Shown here: piece after piece, positions 49,120-59,650 of the stretch
How the letters are laid out: each line of letters opens with the position of its first letter
Numbering within the stretch: the first letter of the stretch is position 1
DNA from: Dehalococcoidia bacterium
GTDB taxonomy: Bacteria > Chloroflexota > Dehalococcoidia > UBA2979
Assembly: GCA_963667465.2 (NCBI GenBank)
Contig: CAXXDN010000002.1
Coordinates: 1,632,001 to 1,696,000, forward strand
DNA length: 64,000 bases
Direction: 5' to 3'
Made by a program: the position numbers and the translations under genes
The notes under the pieces: model-generated
The model's database searches: none
What the model saw: the letters and a program-made list of their open reading frames with translations, nothing else
Told to the model about the DNA's origin: nothing

Positions 49120-49388
49120 TCAGCTTCTCGCGACATCCGAGAGCAGGCCCGTGATCTCCCGCTCCAGCACCTCGAGATCCTTCTCGATCTCCTCGAGCGT
49201 GCGTGGGGGCTCGTACACGTAGAAGTGGCGGTTGAGCGGGATCTCGTCCCGGCGAGCACGCAGTCGAAGCGCCGCACGGTGAGGGGGAGGATGACCTTGC
49301 GGTACTCGTTGCGCTTGTAGGGTCCGCGCAGCAGGTTGCAGATGCTCCAGATGAAGCTCGCCAGCTCGCCGTGCGTCCGCGTGTTCAT
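49120..49388 (-). pseudogene. hsdM: type I R-M HsdM with nearly the whole gene deleted
   Basis: N-terminus LASFIWSICNLLRGPYKRNEYRKVILPLTV.RFDCVL is joined at about 49250 to the C-terminus EIPLNRHFYVYEPPRTLEEIEKDL..LEREI in another frame. Confidence 0.85.
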
Positions 49389-49495
49389 ACGTCCCTCGCC
49401 CCGTGTCCCCAACGACCCAGGCAGTCCCAGGCGCGAGCGATCATTTCGGTGTGCTCACGATTCCAACCCGGTGAGACTCCAAACCGCTCTACTCC

Positions 49496-52400
49496 CTACG
49501 CCAGCGAGACGCATTCATCGAGGAATGTGCTCGCATTGCGGGTCAGTCGAACCCAACCGAGTCTCTCAAGCGCCCTCCGCTTGAGAGACTCGGAATCCAG
49601 AGTCGGGTCAGCCTGGCGAAGTTCCCGCAACATCATCGCGACCTCGTCCGGGGGGAGCTCGTCGAGAGCGCGTGGACCGCGCTCACGAAGGACAACCTCC
49701 GAGTCGCCTGGTACCCGGAGCACACGCTGAGCCTGTCCGTCCTTTCGGAGCGGGTTCGTGGCCTCGATGAGGCCAGATCGTTCGGCTGCGGCGCAGGCCC
49801 GATTGAACGCTCGCCGCGCCGGCATGGTTAGCCGCTGGCTCCCGGAGGCACGATTGAGCAGACGATAGGCGCGAATCGCAATGACGGGTCCTTCCCGGGC
49901 CACCACCTCCGTGAGGAGCTCAGCGAGTCGGGTCTGGCTTGCAGTGCGTGGGTCGGGAATCGCTTCGGCTGGACTCCACGTCTCATAAGGAGCAAGTGTG
50001 CGGATTCCGTCCGCATTCTCAGCCGCCGCCTCGAGCGGCGACCATCCCAGTGCCGGCTGTAGGAGGGCAGCATCCTCGATTCTTGGCGACACGTCTGGGG
50101 AGGCGAGTTCTTCGACCGACGGCGTAGCCTCGTCCGCCTTACGGACTCGGCTCGTCCGGTCGGGCTCGGCGGCGATCTCGCCAGCATCGATCACTTTGAC
50201 CTGCGTCGGGCCGGACGCTGCCGTGACCTCTCTCTCGTCTGCTCCCGTAGCCTGTTCCGGCCGGCCGGACTCCGCCGCAATCTCGATCCCGTCTGGCTTC
50301 CCTACCGGAACTGCGGGTACGGGCTCCGCCTCAACCTTCACCTCGCCCGGTACGTCGCGTCCGGCATCCGTCTCGGCCGCAGGGAGGATGCGGCGGCGCT
50401 TGAGCATCTCCCAAAGATCCTCGAGTGCCTCGTCAGGATTGAGGTGGAACGCGCTCCCGCGGATCCTCCAGAACACCCAGCCGCAGCGCTCCAGATCACG
50501 CTGGCGCGCAGCATCATCCTCATAGCGATCCGGACCGTGCCAAGCATCCCCGTCGCACTCCACGGCCAGACTCCCGTCCATGCCCTGGACGACGAGATCG
50601 ATCCTGTAGCCGCCGACCTCGAACTGTGGAATCACGCGGTACCCTCGGCGGGCGATGCGAAGGAACACGTCGACTTCGAACCAGCTGTCGAAGGGGGTCG
50701 GCGGACTCACACGTTGCCTATCAGCCCTGAACGCGAGCTGCTCGAGGTCGGCCACGTCGAGTCCTGCAACATCAGAAACCTTCACGGACGGGTTCAGGCA
50801 GTACTCGAGGAGCTGGTACCGCAGGCAGCTTGGATTGAGATCAGCGAGGGTGGCGGTGTGGAACAGGTACAGCTGATCGCGTGCTCGACTTGCTGCCACA
50901 TTGAACCGTCGTTGCGCAGCCGCGTCGGTCATCGCTGGAATGCGACGGTTCTCTCGTGGCGCTGAGACCATGCTCAGGAAGATCACGTCGCGTTCGTCAC
51001 CCTGGAATGCGTAGGCGTCGCCGCACACGAGTTGCCGCCGCTCGATTTCCTCCGGTCCGAGCGCACGCAACAGCTGCGTCTCGATCTCACGTGCCTGGGC
51101 GTCGCCGACCAAGCTGATGACGCCCATTGTCTTGCCGCGATAGGCATCGTCAGCGCAGAGCCGGGTGATCTCCTCGACGATTGCCTCCGCCTCTGGAGGA
51201 TTCACGTTGCGCCGCCCGCTCCCCCTCAGGTATCCGTCGGCTACGGGCCGCACGTCGATGGTGGGTTCGAGGCGGCCGGCTCCATACTGCCTCAGCGGAA
51301 TGAGTGGCTCGCCCTGGTACCAGAGGTTGTTGGAGAACTGGATGATCTCAGGCATGCAACGGAAGTGCTCGCGCAGTCTGATACGACCCCTGTAACGGAT
51401 TTCGGCCAGGTCGAAGAAGCTCTGGTTCACGCCGTACGCGTCCGCGTGCGGGAGATCCGAGATGTATCGCTCGCGGAGCTGGTTGACATCCTCGAAGTTG
51501 ACGCCCGCGTACGTCGGATGAATCTGCTTGTCGTCTCCTACGACCACGAGCTTCTTCGCCAGATAGGCGAGCAACAGCGCTTCCGGCCCGGACTGGCTGG
51601 CCTCGTCGATGATGGCGATGTCGAAGAGTTCGGAGCCCGGCCGTATGGTCTCCGCCACTCGGTGCAGCGGCATGACCCATGCCGGGATTGCGGACCTGCT
51701 CTCGTCAAGGTGCTCCTTCGCGCTGCGACGGTGCATCGGTGCGTACTTGCCGAATCCTCCGGCGATCGAGCGCACCGCTTTCGACCAGGCGACCAGGTGT
51801 TGCCGTTCGTGCTCTGTCATACGCTCGAAGCAGTGAGCCCAAGCCTTCTCCGCCGCTAGCTGCTCTACCACCCGAGCGATGGTCTGCTTCGCGTTCTCGA
51901 GCTCCAGCCGATGCTGCTGCTCGGCATCCGGGGCCGCCATGCGGATGACCCAAGCCTGCGCCCGCGACCAGTTCCAGGCACGGTCGAAGTCTCCCGCCCG
52001 CCCATCCCATACAGGATCGGCTGGAGCCTCGGCGAGCACCCCGGCCAGTTCCGGCGCCCCACCCGCCAGCCGTTCATGCAGCGTCCGTCTACGCTTGAGC
52101 TGCCGTTCGAGTGCGACGTTGGCTGCGGCTCGTTGCCTAGCCTCGGTGTAGGCGGTAGTGCTGCGCTCGCTGATGGCGGCCCGCAAGCCCTCAGAGGTCG
52201 GGTCGAGTCGCCCGGCACGTTGCTGCGCGCGCAACTCCTCGAGTGCCTGCTGGATTTTGCTCCGAGCTGACTCGTACCGCTCTGTTGCGTCAACAGCGGC
52301 GAGGGTCTCACGCAAGCCACGAAGTGCTGCTAGATCGGACCAGTCGGGCTCGGGACCTCCGGGGACACGGGCCAGCGTCCGCGACAGCTCGGCAGACATT

Positions 52401-54787
52401 CTGAGCGCCTCAAAGGCTTCTTCGAGTGGCTCACAAAGGTCGGCGAGTTCGGCAACGCCGTCAGTGAAAGTCGCCGCAGTCAGTTCCTGGTTGGGTGCCC
52501 ATCGTTCCCGCAGGTGACGGAATTCGAGTTCGGCATGGAGGCGCCGCACGAGGTCATTGATGGTCTCCGCCGTTTCGCACAACCGCCCGCCGATCCTCAA
52601 CCGTCGGATGTATAGCGCCCGCTTCACCACGGCGGAACGGAACGGCCCGATTCCCCAGCCGCCGCCACCCTCCAGGTGCTCCAGAAGCTCCGCGGCGTCC
52701 CCGCGGAGCTTCTGGAGGTCGAAATCCGGCTCCGGAGTGATCGGGTTCTCATCCAGCCATCCGGCCAGTTCAACCGTCGACTCCACTACCCTCGATGTGT
52801 CCTCGTGGAGTTGCCGCCAGCTACGCTCGTAGTCTCCGAGAATCTGCCTCGTAGCAGTTGAGACCCATGGCAGCGGCCGACGATGGATCCGCTCGATGAG
52901 CTGGATGAGTTCGGATAGCCCATGCCGTAGTTCGGAGCGTTCCTCCGGCGGCATCACCTCCAACGCGCCGTACTCAGGCCGCTGGCGGATGGAGGCACTC
53001 TCGTTGTAGGTCTCCTGTGCCTCGGACTCACCTTGCACAGCCTGCTCGAACGACTCGGTGTCGGGCAGGTGCTTGAGGTCGATGCCCACGCGCCCACTTG
53101 CCTCCCAATCCGAGAGACTCTCGTTCCTGAGCAGTGCCACGAGCTCGCTGAACTCGGCCACGGTGAGCGGCGGGTCGAGTTCTTCCGGGATGACGTCACC
53201 GATCCAGGAGAGAGATTCGCGCTCGCCACGCAGTGTCTGCGCGATCAGCGCCAGCGTGCCGGTGTATCCGAATCTCGCATCGAAAGTAAGGGTCTCCCGC
53301 TCTCGAATCGCACGGAGATCCGCGAAGATCCTCGCCTGGCGTCTCCTTGCCTGATCCAGCCCGAGTTCGAGTCGTGCTATGGCCTTACTGCTCGTCTCCG
53401 GGTCCCACGTATTCTGCCGAGTCGTAATCCCCTGAACGGACTCCTCCATCGCGGCCAGAGCTTCACGGTCGTCGCCGAGTAGCACGACAGAGAGTGGCGC
53501 GAGATCGGGCACACGCTCCCGAATCATGCGTTGAAGCACTTTGAGGGCGCGCACCGCGTGACTCGTGACGAGCACCCGCTCCCCTTTGGCGAGCGAGTGG
53601 CAGATCAGGTTCACGATGGTGTGCGACTTCCCCGTGCCCGGAGGCCCCTGGACCAGCACACCCTGGTTCTCAACAAGCCGCTCCACGATTCGCTGCTGCG
53701 CATCGTTCGCTGGGAGCGGGAAGAATGTCTCGCCCGCGCGGGCTCCGTTGCCACCTTGGTGAACCAGACTGTCGCGGTCCTGATCCCCAGAGACGCTGAT
53801 GAACCGTGATACCCCTTCGGGAACGGGCTCCCCAGCCTCCAGCTGGGTGATGATGTCCTCGAACGCGCGAAGGAATGAGCGTTCGGACCTTCTTCGAAGG
53901 ATCAGCGCAGGTGCGAAGTGGACGATCGGGTTGTCGCCCGCGCTTGCGACGCGTTCGAGTTCATCGCTGTACTCACCCTCGGGAGAGACGGAGTGCACCC
54001 AACTCTTGAGAAGTCCATCTATTGGACCGGCGGCCCAGAGGGAGTCGCCGATCCCATCCAACGTTTCCTCTATCGAGCTGAGGAGTTCTGGGTCGGGCCG
54101 ATATTGCGGGTCCAACATGTCCTGTTCGAGCGACGGGCGAGCACCCTCACCCGCTGGAGTGACCGTCAGCGTTCCGCTCGTCGTATCGAAGGCGACGCTC
54201 ACGCGAGCGACCGCCAAGTGCCGGCCCACCGTCTGCCCGTCCGGCGAGTTCCAACTGAGATACCCGAACCCGAAGACGATCTCGAAGTTCTCCCCCAGGC
54301 GCTGCTGCCGCTGGAACATCGAGAAGAGTTCCGTGTAGACACCCTGCACGGCCTGCTCGCGCCGATCCTGCTCAGCCCAGTGCCACCAGCGATCCGCAAT
54401 GTACGTATCCCAGGCCGCCTCTACCTCGGGGTGGTCTTCTCGCCTCAACGGCGGGTTCTCCGGAGACTCGCCAAGTATGGTCTCGTACAACTCAGGGAGA
54501 TCGAGGCTGGAGTCGTCCAACTGGCCCGGCCGCACCCAGTCGCGCGCCAATTCCGGTGGCTCAGGGGGCCGCGTTAGGCGTGGCTTCCGGATTTCCAGCC
54601 ACACCTCATCCGGCGCTTCAGGCTCCTCGCGATGCCACGCGATTGAGTCACATCCAGGTTCGCGTGGAACGTCGACCGCCCAGATGACCTGCTCGTACTG
54701 AGAAACGTCCCGGACCGTCCTGGTCCGGAGTTGGACGAACTCCTTGAGGAACGTGTAGAGAGCAATCGCGCCTTCATGATCAGTCAC
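49496..54787 (-). CDS. large SF1 (DNA2/NAM7-like) helicase with a C-terminal Vsr/DUF559-like nuclease; putative anti-phage protein
   Basis: VQGPPGTGKSHTI, FDIAIIDEASQ, VGDDKQI, LREHFRC, FQGDERD, RFNVAASRARD; FDSWFEVDV...QFEVGGYRIDLVV...AVECDG..WH...R.RDLERCGW.F.RI. Confidence 0.88.
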   Translation of the reverse strand: MTDHEGAIALYTFLKEFVQLRTRTVRDVSQYEQVIWAVDVPREPGCDSIAWHREEPEAPDEVWLEIRKPRLTRPPEPPELARDWVRPGQLDDSSLDLPELYETILGESPENPPLRREDHPEVEAAWDTYIADRWWHWAEQDRREQAVQGVYTELFSMFQRQQRLGENFEIVFGFGYLSWNSPDGQTVGRHLAVARVSVAFDTTSGTLTVTPAGEGARPSLEQDMLDPQYRPDPELLSSIEETLDGIGDSLWAAGPIDGLLKSWVHSVSPEGEYSDELERVASAGDNPIVHFAPALILRRRSERSFLRAFEDIITQLEAGEPVPEGVSRFISVSGDQDRDSLVHQGGNGARAGETFFPLPANDAQQRIVERLVENQGVLVQGPPGTGKSHTIVNLICHSLAKGERVLVTSHAVRALKVLQRMIRERVPDLAPLSVVLLGDDREALAAMEESVQGITTRQNTWDPETSSKAIARLELGLDQARRRQARIFADLRAIRERETLTFDARFGYTGTLALIAQTLRGERESLSWIGDVIPEELDPPLTVAEFSELVALLRNESLSDWEASGRVGIDLKHLPDTESFEQAVQGESEAQETYNESASIRQRPEYGALEVMPPEERSELRHGLSELIQLIERIHRRPLPWVSTATRQILGDYERSWRQLHEDTSRVVESTVELAGWLDENPITPEPDFDLQKLRGDAAELLEHLEGGGGWGIGPFRSAVVKRALYIRRLRIGGRLCETAETINDLVRRLHAELEFRHLRERWAPNQELTAATFTDGVAELADLCEPLEEAFEALRMSAELSRTLARVPGGPEPDWSDLAALRGLRETLAAVDATERYESARSKIQQALEELRAQQRAGRLDPTSEGLRAAISERSTTAYTEARQRAAANVALERQLKRRRTLHERLAGGAPELAGVLAEAPADPVWDGRAGDFDRAWNWSRAQAWVIRMAAPDAEQQHRLELENAKQTIARVVEQLAAEKAWAHCFERMTEHERQHLVAWSKAVRSIAGGFGKYAPMHRRSAKEHLDESRSAIPAWVMPLHRVAETIRPGSELFDIAIIDEASQSGPEALLLAYLAKKLVVVGDDKQIHPTYAGVNFEDVNQLRERYISDLPHADAYGVNQSFFDLAEIRYRGRIRLREHFRCMPEIIQFSNNLWYQGEPLIPLRQYGAGRLEPTIDVRPVADGYLRGSGRRNVNPPEAEAIVEEITRLCADDAYRGKTMGVISLVGDAQAREIETQLLRALGPEEIERRQLVCGDAYAFQGDERDVIFLSMVSAPRENRRIPAMTDAAAQRRFNVAASRARDQLYLFHTATLADLNPSCLRYQLLEYCLNPSVKVSDVAGLDVADLEQLAFRADRQRVSPPTPFDSWFEVDVFLRIARRGYRVIPQFEVGGYRIDLVVQGMDGSLAVECDGDAWHGPDRYEDDAARQRDLERCGWVFWRIRGSAFHLNPDEALEDLWEMLKRRRILPAAETDAGRDVPGEVKVEAEPVPAVPVGKPDGIEIAAESGRPEQATGADEREVTAASGPTQVKVIDAGEIAAEPDRTSRVRKADEATPSVEELASPDVSPRIEDAALLQPALGWSPLEAAAENADGIRTLAPYETWSPAEAIPDPRTASQTRLAELLTEVVAREGPVIAIRAYRLLNRASGSQRLTMPARRAFNRACAAAERSGLIEATNPLRKDGQAQRVLRVPGDSEVVLRERGPRALDELPPDEVAMMLRELRQADPTLDSESLKRRALERLGWVRLTRNASTFLDECVSLA

Positions 54788-54899
54788 GGACAACTCCCCG
54801 GAACGAGTTCGACCTGGCGGGCGCCGGCGAAATGGTACCAGCAGTGATCTCTGGCTGGCGTTCTTGGAAACCTGTAGCTTCGCCAACCGTTCAACCTGC

Positions 54900-55726
54900 A
54901 GCGGTGGGGTCGACTACGTCTACCTCTGGGCGGACGGCGTGCACTTCAACGTGCGCCTCGAGGAGGACCGGCTGTGCTGCCTGGTGCTGGTCGGGGTGCG
55001 TCCCGACGGCCGCAAGAAACTCGTGGCCGTTGTGGACGGCTACCGCGAGGACACGCAGTCCTGGCTCGATCTGCTGCGGGACCTGCGCGCGCGGCATGCG
55101 TGCCCCGAACTGGCTGTCGGTGATGGCGCGCTCGGCTTCTGGGCGGCGCTCCGGGAGGTCTTTGCCCGCACGCGCGAGCAGCGTTGCTGGGTGCACAAGA
55201 ACCAGAACGTGCTGGCGGCGCTGCCGCAGCGCGTGCATGGGAGAGGCGAAGCGAACGCTGCACGCCGTCTCGGGGGCGGCGACACGCGCCGAGGCGCTCG
55301 ATGCGGCGCGCGCCTTTGGCGAGCAGGTCGCGCAGTGGCCGAAGGCGACGGCGAAGGTCAGCGACGACCTCGAGCGGCTGCTGGCCTTCCACAACGTCCC
55401 TGCCGAGCACCACGTGCACCTGCGCACGACGAACCCGATCGAATCGACCTTCGCCACGGTGCGGCTGCGCCAGCGCGTCACCAAGGGCGCAAGCTCGCGC
55501 TCAGCGGGGTTTGGCGATGGCCTACAAGCTGCTCGACTCAGCGCAGCAACGCTGGCGGCGGGTGAACACACCGCATCTCGTCGCCGTCGTCCGGTCCGGC
55601 GGCGTCTTCGTGGACGGGGTGCTCCAGGAGCGAGCGGTCAGCCCGGACGGCAGCTACGAATCAACTCACGAGAGGGACGCCGCCTGATCTCTCCATCTGG
55701 CGATCCACAACTCTTCACGATATCTC
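54900..55726 (+). mobile_element. IS256-family remnant (5'-truncated, frameshifted transposase with right end)
   Basis: YVYLWADGVHFNVRLEEDR, GDGALGFWAAL, QRCWVHK, HLRTTNPIESTFATVR, spread over several frames. Ends ATCCACAACTCTTCACGATATCTC. Confidence 0.85.
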
Positions 55727-55990
55727 TGCTCCAGGCGCTCCAGCCCCTGGCGGATTGGGGTTCAGCCGTCCCAGATTTGCTCTTCGGCTCTTGCTCCGGA
55801 CGCCGGAAAGGATTGGAGCGTCGCATGTGTTTCGGCGCCGAAACGCGATGAGCACTCGGAGCCAGTTTTGGTCGTAGCTTGGACGATGCTTGTTGTCGTC
55901 GTGGTAGCTGCGAACAGTGCTGATCAGACTATCTGACGTCGGCGGGCTTCCAGTGCGCTTCGGGCACGACGAAAGCCCGCACACATGGAC

Positions 55991-56035
55991 GGAGACGGGG
56001 GGCACCGCCGCAGTGGCGATGCCCCCACCCGTCCC
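55991..56035 (-). terminator. GC-rich stem-loop just downstream of the ICE helicase gene
   Basis: GGGACGGGTGGGGGCATCGCC-actgc-GGCGGTGCCCCCCGTCTCC, 5 nt after the stop. No U-tract. Confidence 0.45.
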
Positions 56036-56040
56036 GTTGA

Positions 56041-58322
56041 TCAGGCCGCTCCCGCGAGTGAGCCTTCCTGCTCCCGCTCCAGCGCCCACTCGAAGAGCGA
56101 GAGCGTTGGAGCCTCGTCGTGGCGGCGACCCCGGGGCGGTAGCGGCTCCTCCGGCTTCCCGGCCATGAACTCCGCCCACGAGAACAGCGTGCGCTGCCGC
56201 TCGCGAGCAGCCGCCTCCGCGGCGTCGCCACGGACGACCGGCTCCGCTCCCGGTCCGGCCCCGGCCGTCACCAGCACTGGCTCCGGCTCGGATGCGTGCC
56301 AGCCCTCGTCGACCAGCAGCGCCTCGGCCTCCGCCGCGACCTGCCGCGCCTGCTCGAACACCGATTCGACCGAGCCGGCATCCTCCTCGCCCGCGACGAT
56401 CTTCCTCGCCAGGGCCAGCATCAGATCGTCGCCTTCGTCCCCGTAGGCGGCGAGGCCGTCCTCGGGCAGTTCGCCCTCGACGGCCAGCGAGCTCTGGAGC
56501 TTCTGCGCCACGAGCTTGAGGGCGTCCGCCTGCAGGGTGTTCCGGTAGGCCATGAAGACGACCTGGACGGGCTCGGTCTGGCCGATGCGCCAGGAGCGCC
56601 GTGACGCCTGCCTCATCGTGTACACGCTGTAATCCGTCTCGTACCAACACAGGGTCGGGAACTCCACGAGGTCGAGACCCGTCTGGACCAGCCGGGGATG
56701 GCAGACGAGCACATCGACACCCTCCTCGACCCGCTTCGCCACCCACGCCTCGCGGCGCTCCGGCGGCACCGCGTCGGCCTTCATGACCGCAACCCGGAAG
56801 CCGTGCCTGCCCAGGAACTCCTCCATGCGCCCGGTGATGTCGCGCGTTCCGGTGTGGGTCGCGTAGACGAGCACGCGGCGTCCCGCCAGCCGCTCGGCGG
56901 CGACGAGGTCGACGAGCGCCTGCTCCTTCGGGTAGAGCCGGTCCTCGGGGAGGGGCGGCACCTGCACGAGCAGCTCCTCCGACTCCGGGTCGAAGACCGT
57001 CTCGCCCTGCGTGCAGCCGTCGGGGTAGGCGAGCAGCGTCTGCAGGTAGGTGGCGAGCAGTCGCCGCGAGCCCTTCGAGAGCGCGTCGGCGAGCGCCGCC
57101 CTGAGCGTCCCGTAGAGCTCGTCGTAGCCCGAGCGCTGCGAGAGCCCGTTCCCGTCCGGCTCCGTGTCCATCGAGGAGAGCAGGACGCGCTCCTCGTAGG
57201 GCGGGAGACCGCCGGCGACGTCGGCGAGCCGCAGGAAGACCGAGTTGCCGATCAGGTGGAACAACGCGGCGGGGGCCAGACCGGGCGCTCGCGCACTACC
57301 TTGCGGTAGCGCTTGCGCCTGCTGGTGCGCCCGTCCTCGAAGGAGTCGCCGTCGTCGCGCCCGATCGTGTGCTCGACGAAGCCGTAGCGCTCGATCCAGC
57401 GGCTCTCCTCGGAGCGCCCGAACTCCCCCCGGATCTCCGGGCTGAACCGGTAGAGCAGGTGGAAGAGCGTCGAGGAGTAGCCGCCCATGAGCGTGCCGCT
57501 CAGCGAGAGCGATTTGCCGCAGGCGTCAGCGAGGACGCCGGCGGCGATGCCCTGCGCGGAGCCTCTTGCCTTGAACTCATGAACCTCGTCACCGATCAGC
57601 AGCTCGAAGAAGCCCCGCAGGCGGTGCTTCACGTAGTCGCTGAGCGGGTAGCGCTTCGGGCCGGAGCGGTCGGCCTGCCAGAGCGCGGCGCCGCACTCGC
57701 TGCAGGTGCGCTTGCGGCGGGCGAGGTCGCGGGCGAGCAGCGGCACCCCGTCCTTGTCCACGATCTGCTCGTGGCAGTCGGGGCAGCAGGGCACCCGGAA
57801 GGGCTCGCCCGTCTCCTCGTCGCGCACGAGGCCACGCGCCGTCGTGGCCCAGCGCTCGACGACGGCGGGCTGCCAGCGGTAGGAGAGCTTCGCCCGTTCG
57901 CGGCTCATCACCGCGAAGAGCGGGCCGTCGCCGGTCGCGGTCCGCAGCCGCTCGAGGTCGGTGATCGAGGCGACGATGACAGCTCGGGCGCCGGGCACCG
58001 TCTCCTCGACCTCGCGCTTCCACTTGCGCGTCAGGTGCGGCGGGCAAAGCACGAGCACTCGCTCGAAGCCCGCCATGTAGGCGGCTGAAGCCGCGATGAA
58101 GGTCTTGCCCGTGCCCATCTCCCCGACGACGGTCGTGCCGCGCTGCGCCTCAAGCGAGAGCGCCGCGCCGCGGATGGCGTCAGCCTGAGCGCCCAGCGGG
58201 GTGCGCAGCAGGCGTGGGAGTGGGCGGCCCTGCTCCGAGGGCCGGTAGCGGGGCGGGTAGGACTCCACCACCCGCCGGGCAATGGCGTCCCGGTACGTGT
58301 CGATGAATCCTGCGAGGTCCAT
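56041..58322 (-). pseudogene. ICE-type SF2/SNF2-like helicase split by a 1-bp frameshift at about 57281
   Basis: GEMGTGKT, CxxC pairs, DEVHE, SGTLMGGY, LVQTGLDL, QASRRSWRIGQ. Adding one G restores RPGLAPAALFHLIGN. Confidence 0.8.
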
Positions 58323-58421
58323 GGTTCCGTTCCTTCCTTCTTGTTCTGGGTCGTGACGTGGCGAGGCCCCGCGATCGCAGTGACCGCGGGGCCTCGTGGA
58401 TGCGGCTCCGAGAGGAGCCGT

Positions 58422-58598
58422 CTATGCGGCGTCGCGCTGCGCGCGCTCGCAGCCGTCCGTGAGATGGATGGCCGTCACCGGGGAGGAGACGGCCCGTCCG
58501 CTGACGAGGTCCACCTCCGCGGTCCGCATCACCGGCTCGCCGGGTCGGATCGGCCGACCGCAGCGGGCGCAGGTCTCCGGGTCGAGGGGCAGCTGCAT
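58422..58598 (-). CDS. 58-aa putative zinc-binding microprotein (absent from the ORF track)
   Basis: AAGGAGG RBS; MQLPLDPETCARCGRPIRPGE...AIHLTDGCERAQRDAA-stop. Confidence 0.6.
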   Translation of the reverse strand: MQLPLDPETCARCGRPIRPGEPVMRTAEVDLVSGRAVSSPVTAIHLTDGCERAQRDAA

Positions 58599-58612
58599 CG
58601 TTCTTGCCTCCT

Positions 58613-59650
58613 TCAGGCGGCGATGTCGGTGATCTCGCCGAGGTCGAGGTCGAGCGCGACCACGGTGGTGCGCAGCCGCTCCCGGTAGACCTCCTTCTCG
58701 CGCGTGGTCTCGACGAGCAGCATCTCCTTACTCGTGCGGCCCTTGACGAGGATGCGCCCGCCGGCGCCCTCGAGCTGGAGGTTGTCGAGGAAGCCGGCCG
58801 CGACCAGCATCGCGAGGTGCCCGCGCCGCAGCGGCATGAGCGGCCGCGTGCGGGCGTCCTCGGACGGCCAGAGCGCGTCCGTTACGGTCGTGCTCACCCA
58901 GAGCCCGGAGCGCCGTGCTTCCGCAGCGGCCGCGATGGGGTCAACCGTGCGCGTGGCGAAGAGCACCTCGCCGTCCGCCGTCGCCGGGGCGTTGTAGACC
59001 GGGTAGCGCTGCGGGGTCAGCTCCTCGAGGTTGCCCTCGATCGCCTCCTGCAGCGCGACGGCGGCGTACTGGTCGTACTGCACCTCGGCCTTGCGGAGGC
59101 CGGTGACGACGACCTGGCCGAAGGCCTCGCGCTCGGGCTCCGGGAAGGCCCAGACGCGCAGGCTCCGGTAGTGTGAGGCGAGGTAGCGCGCCGACTCCGC
59201 CAGCCGCCGCAGCGGCACGACGAAGACCAGCAGCCCGCCCTCCGTGAGATAGCGCGTCGTCTGGCGCAGGAACGCCTGCTCCGTGCGCTTCTCGTCGTCT
59301 GCGGCGTCATTGTCGTAGGGCGAGTTCAGGTAGAGCAGCCCGAAGGCCCCGTTGGCGATCGCGGTCTGGAAGAGGCCCGTGCCCAGCGCGTGGTCGAGGC
59401 GGCTCTCCGCCTCCTTCGCGCGCTCGGCGTGGAGCTCCACCCCGTAGGTCTCCACCTGCGCTCCGTCGGGGCGCTCGATGGCGGAGGCGAGTTGCGCGAG
59501 CGCGTCCCCGGCCCCGCAGCAGGGGTCGAGGATGCGCAGCGTCGTCTCGCCACGGGTCACCGTCCGAGCCTGCGCGAGGGTCGCGATCATCTCCGTGACG
59601 CGTGGCGGGGTCGGGTAGAAGCCTCCCTTGAACTGCGCGGCCAGTCTCAT
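58613..59650 (-). CDS. class I SAM-dependent DNA methyltransferase-like protein (DUF6094-like)
   Basis: MRLAAQFKGGFYPTP, LDPCCGAG, YGVEL, LYLNSPY, PLMPLRRGHLA. AAAGGAG RBS. Confidence 0.8.
   Translation of the reverse strand: MRLAAQFKGGFYPTPPRVTEMIATLAQARTVTRGETTLRILDPCCGAGDALAQLASAIERPDGAQVETYGVELHAERAKEAESRLDHALGTGLFQTAIANGAFGLLYLNSPYDNDAADDEKRTEQAFLRQTTRYLTEGGLLVFVVPLRRLAESARYLASHYRSLRVWAFPEPEREAFGQVVVTGLRKAEVQYDQYAAVALQEAIEGNLEELTPQRYPVYNAPATADGEVLFATRTVDPIAAAAEARRSGLWVSTTVTDALWPSEDARTRPLMPLRRGHLAMLVAAGFLDNLQLEGAGGRILVKGRTSKEMLLVETTREKEVYRERLRTTVVALDLDLGEITDIAA

Noticed and set aside
43300-56040. Integron cassette array or tRNA att site bounding the island
   Set aside because: No repeated attC (RYYYAAC...GTTRRRY) structure, tRNA fold, flanking direct repeat or integrase could be identified by eye.
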